NCBI RefSeq assembly: GCF_002787215.1 | Contig: NZ_CP024851.1 | Origin: Escherichia coli | GTDB taxonomy: Bacteria; Pseudomonadota; Gammaproteobacteria; Enterobacterales; Enterobacteriaceae | DNA: 32,000 nt | Direction: 5' to 3' (one strand) | Part shown: in pieces, positions 23,075-32,000 of the stretch | Layout of the letters: the number at the start of each line of letters is the position of its first letter | Position numbering within the stretch: the stretch's first letter is position 1 | Made by a program: the position numbers and the translations under genes | Notes under the pieces: generated by a model | What the model was told of the DNA's origin: nothing | The model's database searches: none | The model's input: only the letters and a program-made list of their open reading frames with translations

Positions 23075-25336
23075 ATGTCGCAACATAACGAAAAGAACCC
23101 ACATCAGCACCAGTCACCACTACACGATTCCAGCGAAGCGAAACCGGGGATGGACTCACTGGCACCTGAGGACGGATCTCATCGTCCAGCGACTGAACCA
23201 ACACCGCCAGGTGCACAACCTACCGCCCCAGGGAGCCTGAAAGCCCCTGATACGCGTAACGAAAAACTTAATTCTCTGGAAGACGTACGCAAAGGCAGTG
23301 AAAATTATGCGCTGACCACTAATCAGGGCGTACGCATCGCCGACGATCAAAACTCACTGCGTGCCGGTAACCGTGGTCCAACGCTGCTGGAAGATTTTAT
23401 TCTGCGCGAGAAAATCACTCACTTTGACCATGAGCGCATCCCGGAACGTATTGTTCATGCACGCGGATCAGCAGCTCACGGTTATTTCCAGCCATATAAA
23501 AGCTTAAGCGATATCACCAAAGCGGATTTCCTCTCAGATCCGAACAAAATCACCCCAGTATTTGTTAGGTTCTCTACCGTTCAGGGTGGTGCTGGCTCTG
23601 CCGATACCGTGCGTGATATCCGTGGCTTTGCCACCAAGTTCTATACCGAAGAGGGTATTTTTGACCTCGTTGGCAATAACACGCCAATCTTCTTTATCCA
23701 GGATGCGCATAAATTCCCCGATTTTGTTCATGCGGTAAAACCAGAACCGCACTGGGCAATTCCACAAGGGCAAAGCGCCCACGATACTTTCTGGGATTAT
23801 GTTTCTCTGCAACCTGAAACTCTGCACAACGTGATGTGGGCGATGTCGGATCGCGGGATCCCACGCAGTTACCGCACCATGGAAGGCTTCGGTATTCACA
23901 CCTTCCGCCTGATTAATGCCGAAGGGAAGGCAACGTTCGTACGTTTCCACTGGAAACCACTGGCAGGTAAAGCCTCACTCGTTTGGGATGAAGCACAAAA
24001 ACTAACCGGACGTGACCCGGACTTCCACCGCCGCGAGTTGTGGGAAGCCATCGAAGCAGGCGATTTTCCGGAATACGAACTGGGCTTCCAGTTGATTCCT
24101 GAGGAAGATGAATTTAAGTTCGACTTCGATCTTCTCGATCCAACCAAACTCATCCCGGAAGAACTGGTACCCGTTCAGCGTGTTGGCAAAATGGTGCTCA
24201 ATCGCAACCCGGATAACTTCTTTGCCGAAAACGAACAGGCGGCTTTCCATCCTGGGCATATTGTCCCCGGTCTGGATTTCACCAACGATCCGCTGTTGCA
24301 GGGGCGTTTGTTCTCTTATACCGATACACAAATCAGTCGTCTTGGCGGACCCAATTTCCATGAGATTCCGATTAACCGCCCGACCTGCCCTTACCATAAT
24401 TTCCAGCGTGACGGCATGCATCGTATGGGGATCGACACTAACCCGGCGAATTACGAACCGAACTCGATCAACGATAACTGGCCGCGCGAAACACCGCCGG
24501 GGCCGAAACGTGGCGGTTTTGAATCATACCAGGAACGCGTGGAAGGCAATAAAGTTCGCGAGCGCAGTCCATCGTTTGGCGAATATTATTCCCATCCGCG
24601 TCTGTTCTGGCTAAGTCAGACGCCATTCGAGCAGCGCCATATTGTCGATGGTTTCAGTTTTGAGTTAAGCAAAGTAGTTCGGCCGTATATTCGTGAGCGC
24701 GTTGTTGACCAGCTGGCGCATATTGATCTCACTCTGGCCCAGGCGGTGGCGAAAAATCTCGGTATCGAACTGACTGACGACCAGCTGAATATCACCCCGC
24801 CTCCGGACGTCAACGGTCTGAAAAAGGATCCATCCTTAAGTCTGTACGCCATTCCTGACGGTGATGTAAAAGGTCGCGTGGTAGCGATTTTGCTTAATGA
24901 TGAAGTCAGATCGGCAGACCTTCTGGCCATTCTCAAGGCGCTGAAGGCCAAAGGCGTTCATGCCAAACTGCTCTACTCCCGAATGGGTGAAGTGACTGCG
25001 GATGACGGTACGGTGTTGCCTATAGCTGCTACCTTTGCCGGTGCGCCTTCGTTGACGGTCGATGCGGTTATTGTCCCTTGCGGCAATATCGCGGATATCG
25101 CTGACAACGGCGATGCCAACTACTACCTGATGGAAGCCTACAAACACCTTAAACCGATTGCGCTGGCGGGAGACGCGCGTAAGTTTAAAGCAACAATCAA
25201 GGTCTCTGACCAGGGTGAGGAAGGGATTGTGGAAGCTGACAGCGCCGACGGTAGTTTTATGGATGAACTGTTAACTCTGATGGCAGCACACCGCGTGTGG
25301 TCACGCATTCCTAAGATTGACAAAATTCCGGCGTAA
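23075..25336 (+). CDS. katE: Catalase HPII (large-subunit monofunctional catalase)
   Basis: 753-aa [41 protein letters not shown]... with catalase core motifs ([29 protein letters not shown]). AAGGAG lies upstream. Confidence 0.97.
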   Translation: MSQHNEKNPHQHQSPLHDSSEAKPGMDSLAPEDGSHRPATEPTPPGAQPTAPGSLKAPDTRNEKLNSLEDVRKGSENYALTTNQGVRIADDQNSLRAGNRGPTLLEDFILREKITHFDHERIPERIVHARGSAAHGYFQPYKSLSDITKADFLSDPNKITPVFVRFSTVQGGAGSADTVRDIRGFATKFYTEEGIFDLVGNNTPIFFIQDAHKFPDFVHAVKPEPHWAIPQGQSAHDTFWDYVSLQPETLHNVMWAMSDRGIPRSYRTMEGFGIHTFRLINAEGKATFVRFHWKPLAGKASLVWDEAQKLTGRDPDFHRRELWEAIEAGDFPEYELGFQLIPEEDEFKFDFDLLDPTKLIPEELVPVQRVGKMVLNRNPDNFFAENEQAAFHPGHIVPGLDFTNDPLLQGRLFSYTDTQISRLGGPNFHEIPINRPTCPYHNFQRDGMHRMGIDTNPANYEPNSINDNWPRETPPGPKRGGFESYQERVEGNKVRERSPSFGEYYSHPRLFWLSQTPFEQRHIVDGFSFELSKVVRPYIRERVVDQLAHIDLTLAQAVAKNLGIELTDDQLNITPPPDVNGLKKDPSLSLYAIPDGDVKGRVVAILLNDEVRSADLLAILKALKAKGVHAKLLYSRMGEVTADDGTVLPIAATFAGAPSLTVDAVIVPCGNIADIADNGDANYYLMEAYKHLKPIALAGDARKFKATIKVSDQGEEGIVEADSADGSFMDELLTLMAAHRVWSRIPKIDKIPA

Positions 25337-25344
25337 ATATGGAT

Positions 25345-25372
25345 AAGGTCACGCCCCCTGGGGAGTGACCTT
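25345..25372. terminator. Strong hairpin between convergent katE and chbG (likely bidirectional terminator)
   Basis: AAGGTCAC-G-CCC-CCTG-GGG-A-GTGACCTT gives 8+3 bp. It lies 9 nt after the katE stop and 11 nt after the chbG stop. U-tracts are weak. Confidence 0.5.
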
Positions 25373-25382
25373 ACCACCTTAC

Positions 25383-26153
<771 letters not shown>

Positions 26154-27506
26154 TTAATGTGCTTTTTTAAGCTCTGCGATGCAGTCGGCAAAATTTGGCA
26201 GCCATTTCTCGTGCGCCAGAATCATCTCGCGTGCCAGCAGCTCAGCATCGCGATCGGAATGCACCAACGGACTAAGGTTTAGCGCCAGTAACACATCGTT
26301 AAATTCTCCGCTAAGTGCAGCGTTGCTGGCAGCAATCTCGAAGCCTTTAATGGTGTGAATCAGCCCCATCACTTTATCATCGAAATGCGTAATGCGCGGA
26401 TGTGGCGTCGCGCCATCGCGCCCCAGCGTACAGGTCATTTCTACCGCCCAGTCTGCCGGAATATTATCAATATGCCCATGATGCGGGATATTAACGTAAT
26501 GTTCAGCTTGCTTGTCGTTGTAGATAGCGTTGATCACTTCGCACGCTGCATCAGAGTAATAAGCCCCACCGCGCTGTTCCAGTTCTTTCGGCTTAACTTT
26601 CAACTCCGGGTTTTTATACAGCTCAAAAAGTTGTTTCTCGACTTTCTGTACTACCTGTGCTCGTGCGCCGCCTTTGTAGTATTCGCCCATTTCAATAGCC
26701 AGCATCTCTTTTTGCTTGAAGTAATAAAGTAAATAAGAACACGGCAACAGATTCAGAGAACGAATTAAGCCTTCGCTAAATGGCAGATCGAAAATATTTT
26801 TAACGCCAGATGCTTTTAACTGCCCGGATGCCACACCATCAAGCAATTCGGCAAAGCGTGATTTGCCATTTACCAGCACATCTTTAATGAACACCATATG
26901 GTTGAGGCCGAACAGATCGATAGATAAATCATCGCTGTCTTTCAGCATCAGAACATCGCGAATAAACATCTTCATGCCGATCGGAATATTACACACGCCG
27001 ATAAAGCGTTTAAATCCGGTATGACGATAAACGGCTTCAGTGACCATTCCCGCCGGGTTAGTGAAGTTAATCACCCATGCATTCGGACAAAGTTCTTCGA
27101 CATCTTTTACGATGTCAAAAATCACCGGAATGGTACGCAGACCTTTAAACAGACCGCCCGCGCCGTTAGTTTCCTGACCAAGATAACCATGACTTAATGG
27201 AATACGTTCATCCAGTTCGCGCGCCGGTAATTGGCCTACGCGCAGTTGGGTAGTAACGAAATCAGCATCTTTCAATGCTTCGCGGCGATCCAGCGTTTTA
27301 TAAAGCTTCATCGGGACGCCAGCGTTATCAATCATCCGTTGGCAGAGATCAAAAATAATATCCAGTTTAGCTTTACCACCTTCGACATCCACCAGCCATA
27401 ATTCGCTGACCGGCAATTCGTGATAACGCTTAATAAATCCTTCCAGTAACTCCGGGGTATAGCTGCTCCCGCCACCAATAGTGACGACTTTTAATTTCTG
27501 GCTCAT
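26154..27506 (-). CDS. chbF: 6-phospho-beta-glucosidase ChbF (GH4, NAD+/Mn2+-dependent)
   Basis: 450-aa ORF MSQKLKVVTIGGGSSYTPELLEGF... (GH4 N-terminal Rossmann GGGS motif). Confidence 0.95.
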   Translation of the reverse strand: MSQKLKVVTIGGGSSYTPELLEGFIKRYHELPVSELWLVDVEGGKAKLDIIFDLCQRMIDNAGVPMKLYKTLDRREALKDADFVTTQLRVGQLPARELDERIPLSHGYLGQETNGAGGLFKGLRTIPVIFDIVKDVEELCPNAWVINFTNPAGMVTEAVYRHTGFKRFIGVCNIPIGMKMFIRDVLMLKDSDDLSIDLFGLNHMVFIKDVLVNGKSRFAELLDGVASGQLKASGVKNIFDLPFSEGLIRSLNLLPCSYLLYYFKQKEMLAIEMGEYYKGGARAQVVQKVEKQLFELYKNPELKVKPKELEQRGGAYYSDAACEVINAIYNDKQAEHYVNIPHHGHIDNIPADWAVEMTCTLGRDGATPHPRITHFDDKVMGLIHTIKGFEIAASNAALSGEFNDVLLALNLSPLVHSDRDAELLAREMILAHEKWLPNFADCIAELKKAH

Positions 27507-27610
27507 AATTTCTCCCTTCAGTACAGAATACTGATATCTGGCATATCTGCCCCCCCGGACATAAATAATCCAGCAACAGGACAGATATGTGAATTGTCAG
27601 GTATAACGAC

Positions 27611-28453
27611 TTACTGATTAAATTCAGTCAATTTCTTACGATAGCTCTTAGGCGTAAAGGACGTTAATTTCTTAAACGTTTTAATAAACAAACTCGGGCT
27701 ACTATAACCGGCCTCAAACGCAATATCCGTCACTGAATAGTTGGTCATTTCCAGTTGTTTTTTGGCAAAATTAATACGGATTTCATTAATAATCTGCATT
27801 GGCGTTTTGCCATAATATCGTTGAGTCGCTCGCGTCAAATATTCCTGTGATTTGGCTGACAACGTCACCATATTCTCCAGTGCCGACTCACTAAACTGCT
27901 CTTTATCATGCATCTTTTCTACCGTACTTTTCAGCCACTGCGGTACATCATCAATCACCTGTTCTTCGCGGTAATGACGTAAACGGTTAATGACATAAAA
28001 AGTAACCATCTCAACAAACTCTTCCAGCCCTGTTTCGCGGAAATTCAATGAAGAAATCACTGTTTCCACATAGGTGAGAAAAGCGTTATTGGTCCGGTAT
28101 ACCTGCGAAGCGACAAAGCAATAAGGCAACAACGGCAGGTAATGCTGCTCAAAAAAGCGTTTACTGATCCCAACATTCAATATGCGCGTGGCACCAAACT
28201 CATAAAAACTTTGATGGTGCGAACCTAACGGAATAAAAACAAAATCGCCCCGTTCCAGTAACACGCGCTTACCGTTAATCTCCTGGAAATAACGCCCGGT
28301 TAATACCAGAGTAAATTCATAATAGTCGTGCTGATGCAGTCCGCTGATACTCTCAGTTTTGTTATAGATAAACACATGGAAGTTTTTGCCATTAAACAAC
28401 TGCTGTTCTCGGGCAGTGGCAATTTCCGGCGCGTTAATCACTGGCTGCATCAT
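27611..28453 (-). CDS. chbR: AraC/XylS-family dual regulator of the chb operon
   Basis: 280-aa ORF with a C-terminal AraC-type HTH ([32 protein letters not shown]) and an N-terminal cupin-like domain. Confidence 0.94.
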   Translation of the reverse strand: MMQPVINAPEIATAREQQLFNGKNFHVFIYNKTESISGLHQHDYYEFTLVLTGRYFQEINGKRVLLERGDFVFIPLGSHHQSFYEFGATRILNVGISKRFFEQHYLPLLPYCFVASQVYRTNNAFLTYVETVISSLNFRETGLEEFVEMVTFYVINRLRHYREEQVIDDVPQWLKSTVEKMHDKEQFSESALENMVTLSAKSQEYLTRATQRYYGKTPMQIINEIRINFAKKQLEMTNYSVTDIAFEAGYSSPSLFIKTFKKLTSFTPKSYRKKLTEFNQ

Positions 28454-28460
28454 CGACTCC

Positions 28461-28811
28461 TTATGCCTTCAGTTTTTCATGAAGCTCAATTAATTCTGTA
28501 ATCAGTTCACGCGCAAGCATGGACGTCATTAAATGATCCTGAGCGTGGACCAGCACCAGACTCACTTTCATCTTACCTTCGCCCGCATCGCCTTCAATCA
28601 GTTTCGTCTGTACCAGATGCGCTTCATTCAATGCTATCCGTGACTGATCCATCATGGCTTTTGCTGCGGCAAAATCGCCCTGCTTCGCCTGTTTCAGTGC
28701 CGCATACGCCAGGCTGCGCGCTTGTCCGGAGTTGATGATAAGCCCCATCACCACTTCTTCCAGCTCTTCAGCTTCCGTTTGCGTATCGGGAATATTATCG
28801 AGATCCATCAT
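28461..28811 (-). CDS. chbA: PTS chitobiose-specific EIIA component
   Basis: 116-aa ORF of the PTS lactose/cellobiose-family IIA type (LVHAQDHLM motif). Confidence 0.94.
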   Translation of the reverse strand: MMDLDNIPDTQTEAEELEEVVMGLIINSGQARSLAYAALKQAKQGDFAAAKAMMDQSRIALNEAHLVQTKLIEGDAGEGKMKVSLVLVHAQDHLMTSMLARELITELIELHEKLKA

Positions 28812-28861
28812 ACATCGTTCCTCTCTATTCTTACCGGCACGATTACCCGTACCGGCATCGA

Positions 28862-30220
28862 TTAAAATTTCAGGGCGTTAGCGATATCTTCTTCGCTCTC
28901 TTCTTTATCAATCGCGTTTTGTGCTTTGTTAGCGACCACAACAAAGGGCAGATAAATTAACGTTGCGATACCAAGGTTGAAGAGTGCGACCAGCAATGCG
29001 GCGACGCTACCGTTGGTGTTAAAGAAGGCTCCCAGACCGGTTGGCATGGTCCACGGTGCAATATTGGTCACCAGAGGAATAATGCCCATGTAGTACGCTG
29101 CCAGGGTGATTGCCGCCAGAATCGGTTGTACCAGTACAAACGGGATAAACATCACCGGGTTCATGATAATTGGCAGACCAAACAGAATCGGTTCGTTAAT
29201 CTGGAAGATGCCGGACGGCAGCGCCAGTTTTGCCACCTGACGATAATCAGCACGGCGAGAAGCGATAAAGATAGCCAGGATCAGACCTAAAGTCGCACCA
29301 CTGCCACCGAGGAAAATAAAGGAGTCCAGCATCGGCTTGGCCCAGATATGGAAGGTCTTACCGGCTGCCAGCGCCGCTTCGACGGAACCATATTGCTGAT
29401 AGGTCGCGATATTTTCCAGCGCCCAAGGCGTCATAATGCCGTTGTCCAGTGCGGTCAGCGCCAGCGCACCATGAATACCGAAGAACCAGAGCAGTGGAAC
29501 AAAGATCACATAGGCCCAGCCCACCACGCTACCCAACGATGCCAGTGGGGTTGAGATGGTATCCATAATGATCTGATGGAAGTTGGTGCCCCAGGTATTC
29601 AACGCCCAGGCAATAATCCCCATCACGGAAAGAATAATAAAGCCGGGAATTAAAGCCGAGAAGGAACGCGATACTGAAGCAGGTACGCTATCGGGCAATT
29701 TAATGACCCAATTGCGGCGGACAATAAAGGTAAACATTTCTGCCACCACCAGGCCAATAATAATCCCGGAGATGATATTCGCCCCACCTAACCAGTTTGC
29801 GCCAACCGCATAGGCCTCACCGACACTGTATGGGGTGACGGTCATAAATGCTGCAACGGATAACAACCCAGCCGCCAGCGCATCGACTTTACGCTCTTCT
29901 GCCAGCGCCATGCCAATAAAGAACGGTGCCATTAAAGACATTATCCCTAATGTTCCGTTATATACGTTGCCGCCAATACCTTTCAGACCATTAAGTGTTT
30001 CAATGGTTGAGGCATCCAGGCGAATACCTAAGGAATAAAAAAACGACCCCTCCCCAAAGCTTAGAAAAACGTTGTTAATTAATACAAACATGGCCCCCGC
30101 AAGGGTTAACGGCATTAAGCGAATAAAGCCATTTTTGATTGCATTAACGTGTGGCTGCTTTCCTATTTTAACTGCAAAAGGGAGGAGTACCTTTTCAAGC
30201 GATGCAATAACATTACTCAT
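28862..30220 (-). CDS. chbC: PTS chitobiose-specific EIIC permease
   Basis: 452-aa polytopic membrane ORF of the PTS Lac/cellobiose-family IIC type. Confidence 0.95.
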   Translation of the reverse strand: MSNVIASLEKVLLPFAVKIGKQPHVNAIKNGFIRLMPLTLAGAMFVLINNVFLSFGEGSFFYSLGIRLDASTIETLNGLKGIGGNVYNGTLGIMSLMAPFFIGMALAEERKVDALAAGLLSVAAFMTVTPYSVGEAYAVGANWLGGANIISGIIIGLVVAEMFTFIVRRNWVIKLPDSVPASVSRSFSALIPGFIILSVMGIIAWALNTWGTNFHQIIMDTISTPLASLGSVVGWAYVIFVPLLWFFGIHGALALTALDNGIMTPWALENIATYQQYGSVEAALAAGKTFHIWAKPMLDSFIFLGGSGATLGLILAIFIASRRADYRQVAKLALPSGIFQINEPILFGLPIIMNPVMFIPFVLVQPILAAITLAAYYMGIIPLVTNIAPWTMPTGLGAFFNTNGSVAALLVALFNLGIATLIYLPFVVVANKAQNAIDKEESEEDIANALKF

Positions 30221-30277
30221 AGAAAAATACCCTTAAAAACCGCAATTTAAATATTACGGTATTGATTTATGAAATAA

Positions 30278-30289
30278 CTCTTTGACGGG
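30278..30289 (-). promoter_or_regulatory. ChiX (MicM) sRNA decoy/trap site in the chbB-chbC intercistronic spacer
   Basis: The mRNA sense (minus strand) reads CCCGUCAAAGAG. This is complementary to the CUCUUUGACGGG core that I recall from ChiX sRNA. The location in the chbBC spacer matches the published anti-sRNA trap. Confidence 0.7.
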
Positions 30290-30304
30290 AAAATTTAAAA
30301 TAAA

Positions 30305-30625
30305 TTAATTTGCTGCGGCTTTTTTAATCGCTGCAACCGCAGCCTTAAGCACGCCTAAACCATCGACTTTGCCATAAAGCAGCGAGTCAATTACTTCAAC
30401 CGGTTTGTTGGGTAACAAACGCTGGATTTCGGGCAACATATAAGCAATCTGCGGCCCTAATAACACGACATCGGCATTCTGACCTTTTTCACCAGCCAGT
30501 GTTTCCGGAAATGCTTCAATAATGACCGGAACTTCATATTTTTCTGCCTGTGCGCGCATTTTTGATACCAGTAAAGAGGTAGACATGCCCGCAGAACAAA
30601 ACAGATAAATGTGTTTCTTTTCCAT
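30305..30625 (-). CDS. chbB: PTS chitobiose-specific EIIB component
   Basis: 106-aa [32 protein letters not shown]..., with the phospho-Cys in the CSAGMSTS motif. Confidence 0.95.
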   Translation of the reverse strand: MEKKHIYLFCSAGMSTSLLVSKMRAQAEKYEVPVIIEAFPETLAGEKGQNADVVLLGPQIAYMLPEIQRLLPNKPVEVIDSLLYGKVDGLGVLKAAVAAIKKAAAN

Positions 30626-30865
30626 AAAACTGCCCTCATCGACGATTATCTGTCAGCCAGACACTCCGCAAGCCTTAACCTGCTTCCATGCTCTGGGTAA
30701 CTTGCGAAACCAACATGACTTTTTTTGTGGCTGAAAGGAGTATACGGTATAGACCTGAGCAATAGTATTTCTTTGACCTTATAAATTGTCTCTCCTTGAC
30801 CTGCGGTTATGACCCTCTTCACATTTCGGGCAAATAATTCGCGAAGATAATTAAGAACTCAGGCC
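30626..30865 (-). promoter_or_regulatory. chbBCARFG promoter/operator region (NagC, ChbR and CAP controlled)
   Basis: Direct repeats CTTTGACCT (30771..30779) and CCTTGACCT (30794..30802) lie 23 bp apart on the plus strand. This is consistent with an AraC-family (ChbR) direct-repeat site. NagC and CAP sites are known from the literature but I did not resolve them by eye. Confidence 0.5.
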
Positions 30866-30892
30866 AAAAAAAACCGGCGCAATGGCCGGTTT
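30866..30892 (-). terminator. Intrinsic terminator after osmE
   Basis: The minus strand has AACCGGC-CATTGC-GCCGGTT followed by TTTTTTTT (complement of the A8 run 30866..30873), about 32 nt after the osmE stop. Confidence 0.85.
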
Positions 30893-30923
30893 CCGTTGTA
30901 ACTCAAGCTTTCAGGCGAAGTGA

Positions 30924-31262
30924 TTACTTCGCAGCCTGTGGATCAGTGTCGTATTCAGCACAGGTCTGATAACCGGAGTTGATGACATGTCCGGTATCAT
31001 CTAACGCGACAAAGTAGGTTTCTGCTTTACCATCACGTTGACCCAGGATGTAGGTCTGGCAAGTACCACGAGCATGGATCATGCTCACTTCAGACGAAGG
31101 TTTACCCGCAATTTGTGCAACCTGCGCCCGGCTCATGCCTTTTTTGACGTCTTTCACCACAGGCTGTACAAACTGGTCTTTGGTACGATCATAAGCCGTA
31201 CAACCCGCCAGCATGGTTAATACCGCCGCTGCACTCAGAATTCCTGCCATATTCTTGTTCAT
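30924..31262 (-). CDS. osmE: Osmotically inducible lipoprotein OsmE
   Basis: 112-aa ORF with lipobox MLAGC|T. Recognised as OsmE. Confidence 0.94.
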
Positions 31263-31463
31263 ATTCCGTCCTCTTGTTTATCAGCGTGTTAGATAAGCCT
31301 GGAATACATTGGGCGCTTTTTCAAGCCCGTGAACGAAACGGCTCCGCTTTCAGAGGATTCCTGTATGACGTTTTAACCACCATTCAGCCCGCTGTCGCTT
31401 GTCGTTTCAGTAGCAACGGGTTAGCTTTAAGGAAGTTTTGTCTTTTCTGTCTGGAGGGGTTCA

Positions 31464-32000
31464 ATGACATTGCAACAACAAATAATAAAGGCGCTGGGCG
31501 CAAAACCGCAGATTAATGCTGAAGAGGAAATTCGTCGTAGTGTCGATTTTCTGAAAAGCTACCTGCAAACTTATCCGTTCATTAAATCACTGGTGCTAGG
31601 GATCAGCGGCGGTCAGGACTCCACGCTTGCCGGAAAGCTGTGCCAGATGGCGATTAATGAGCTGCGCCAGGAAACTGGCAACGAATCACTGCAATTTATT
31701 GCCGTACGCCTGCCCTATGGTGTTCAGGCTGACGAACAAGATTGCCAGGATGCCATTGCCTTTATTCAACCGGATCGCGTATTAACCGTTAATATCAAGG
31801 GCGCGGTATTGGCCAGCGAACAGGCGCTGCGCGAAGCGGGCATTGAACTGAGCGATTTTGTTCGTGGCAATGAAAAAGCGCGTGAGCGGATGAAAGCACA
31901 ATATAGCATTGCGGGTATGACCAGCGGTGTCGTGGTGGGCACCGATCATGCAGCAGAAGCCATTACCGGATTCTTCACTAAATATGGTGACGGCGGTACG
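31464..32000 (+). CDS. nadE: NH3-dependent NAD+ synthetase. Only the N-terminal 179 codons are present; the rest lies beyond the right window edge.
   Basis: ATG 31464 preceded by GGAGGGG. It reads [55 protein letters not shown]... (SGGxDS PP-loop) and stays open to position 32000. Not in the ORF track because it runs off the edge. Confidence 0.95.

Noticed and set aside
30715-30765. 16-codon plus-strand mini-ORF (MTFFVAERSIRYRPEQ) in the chbB-osmE intergenic region
   Set aside because: It has no RBS and lies inside the known chb promoter/operator region on the non-transcribed orientation. It is most likely a chance ORF.

Overview
The window is Escherichia coli-type core chromosome, colinear with the K-12 segment running selO(ydiU) -> ydiV -> nlpC -> btuDEC -> ihfA -> pheTS/pheM -> rplT-rpmI-infC-thrS -> arpB -> yniD -> ydiY -> pfkB -> ydiZ -> yniA -> yniB -> hxpB(yniC) -> ydjM -> tcyP(ydjN) -> ydjO -> cedA -> katE -> chbGFRACB -> osmE -> nadE. 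I call 35 protein-coding genes. Two are cut by the window edges, and three are missed or mis-bounded by the ORF track: infC (AUU start), the 14-codon pheM leader, and 35-codon yniD. I also call several intrinsic terminators and some sequence-visible regulatory sites: the pheST attenuator, tandem LexA boxes at ydjM, and the ChiX-decoy sequence in the chbB-chbC spacer. I saw no rRNA, tRNA, CRISPR, IS, prophage or REP/ERIC elements. I find no convincing evidence for a new multi-gene system, because almost every gene is a recognisable, well-studied housekeeping or catabolic gene. Three things deserve a second look. (1) A visibly AT-rich islet carries an uninterrupted 632-codon arpB, which I recall as a frameshifted pseudogene in K-12. 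It has five in-register 48-residue ankyrin-like modules and is bracketed by short direct repeats. (2) An 11-bp perfect anti-Shine-Dalgarno stem ties the selO ribosome-binding site to the sequence immediately after the ydiV stop codon. (3) A second AT-rich orphan gene, ydjO, has no recognisable function. All identifications are by eye and from memory of E. coli proteins. No searches or computations were run.
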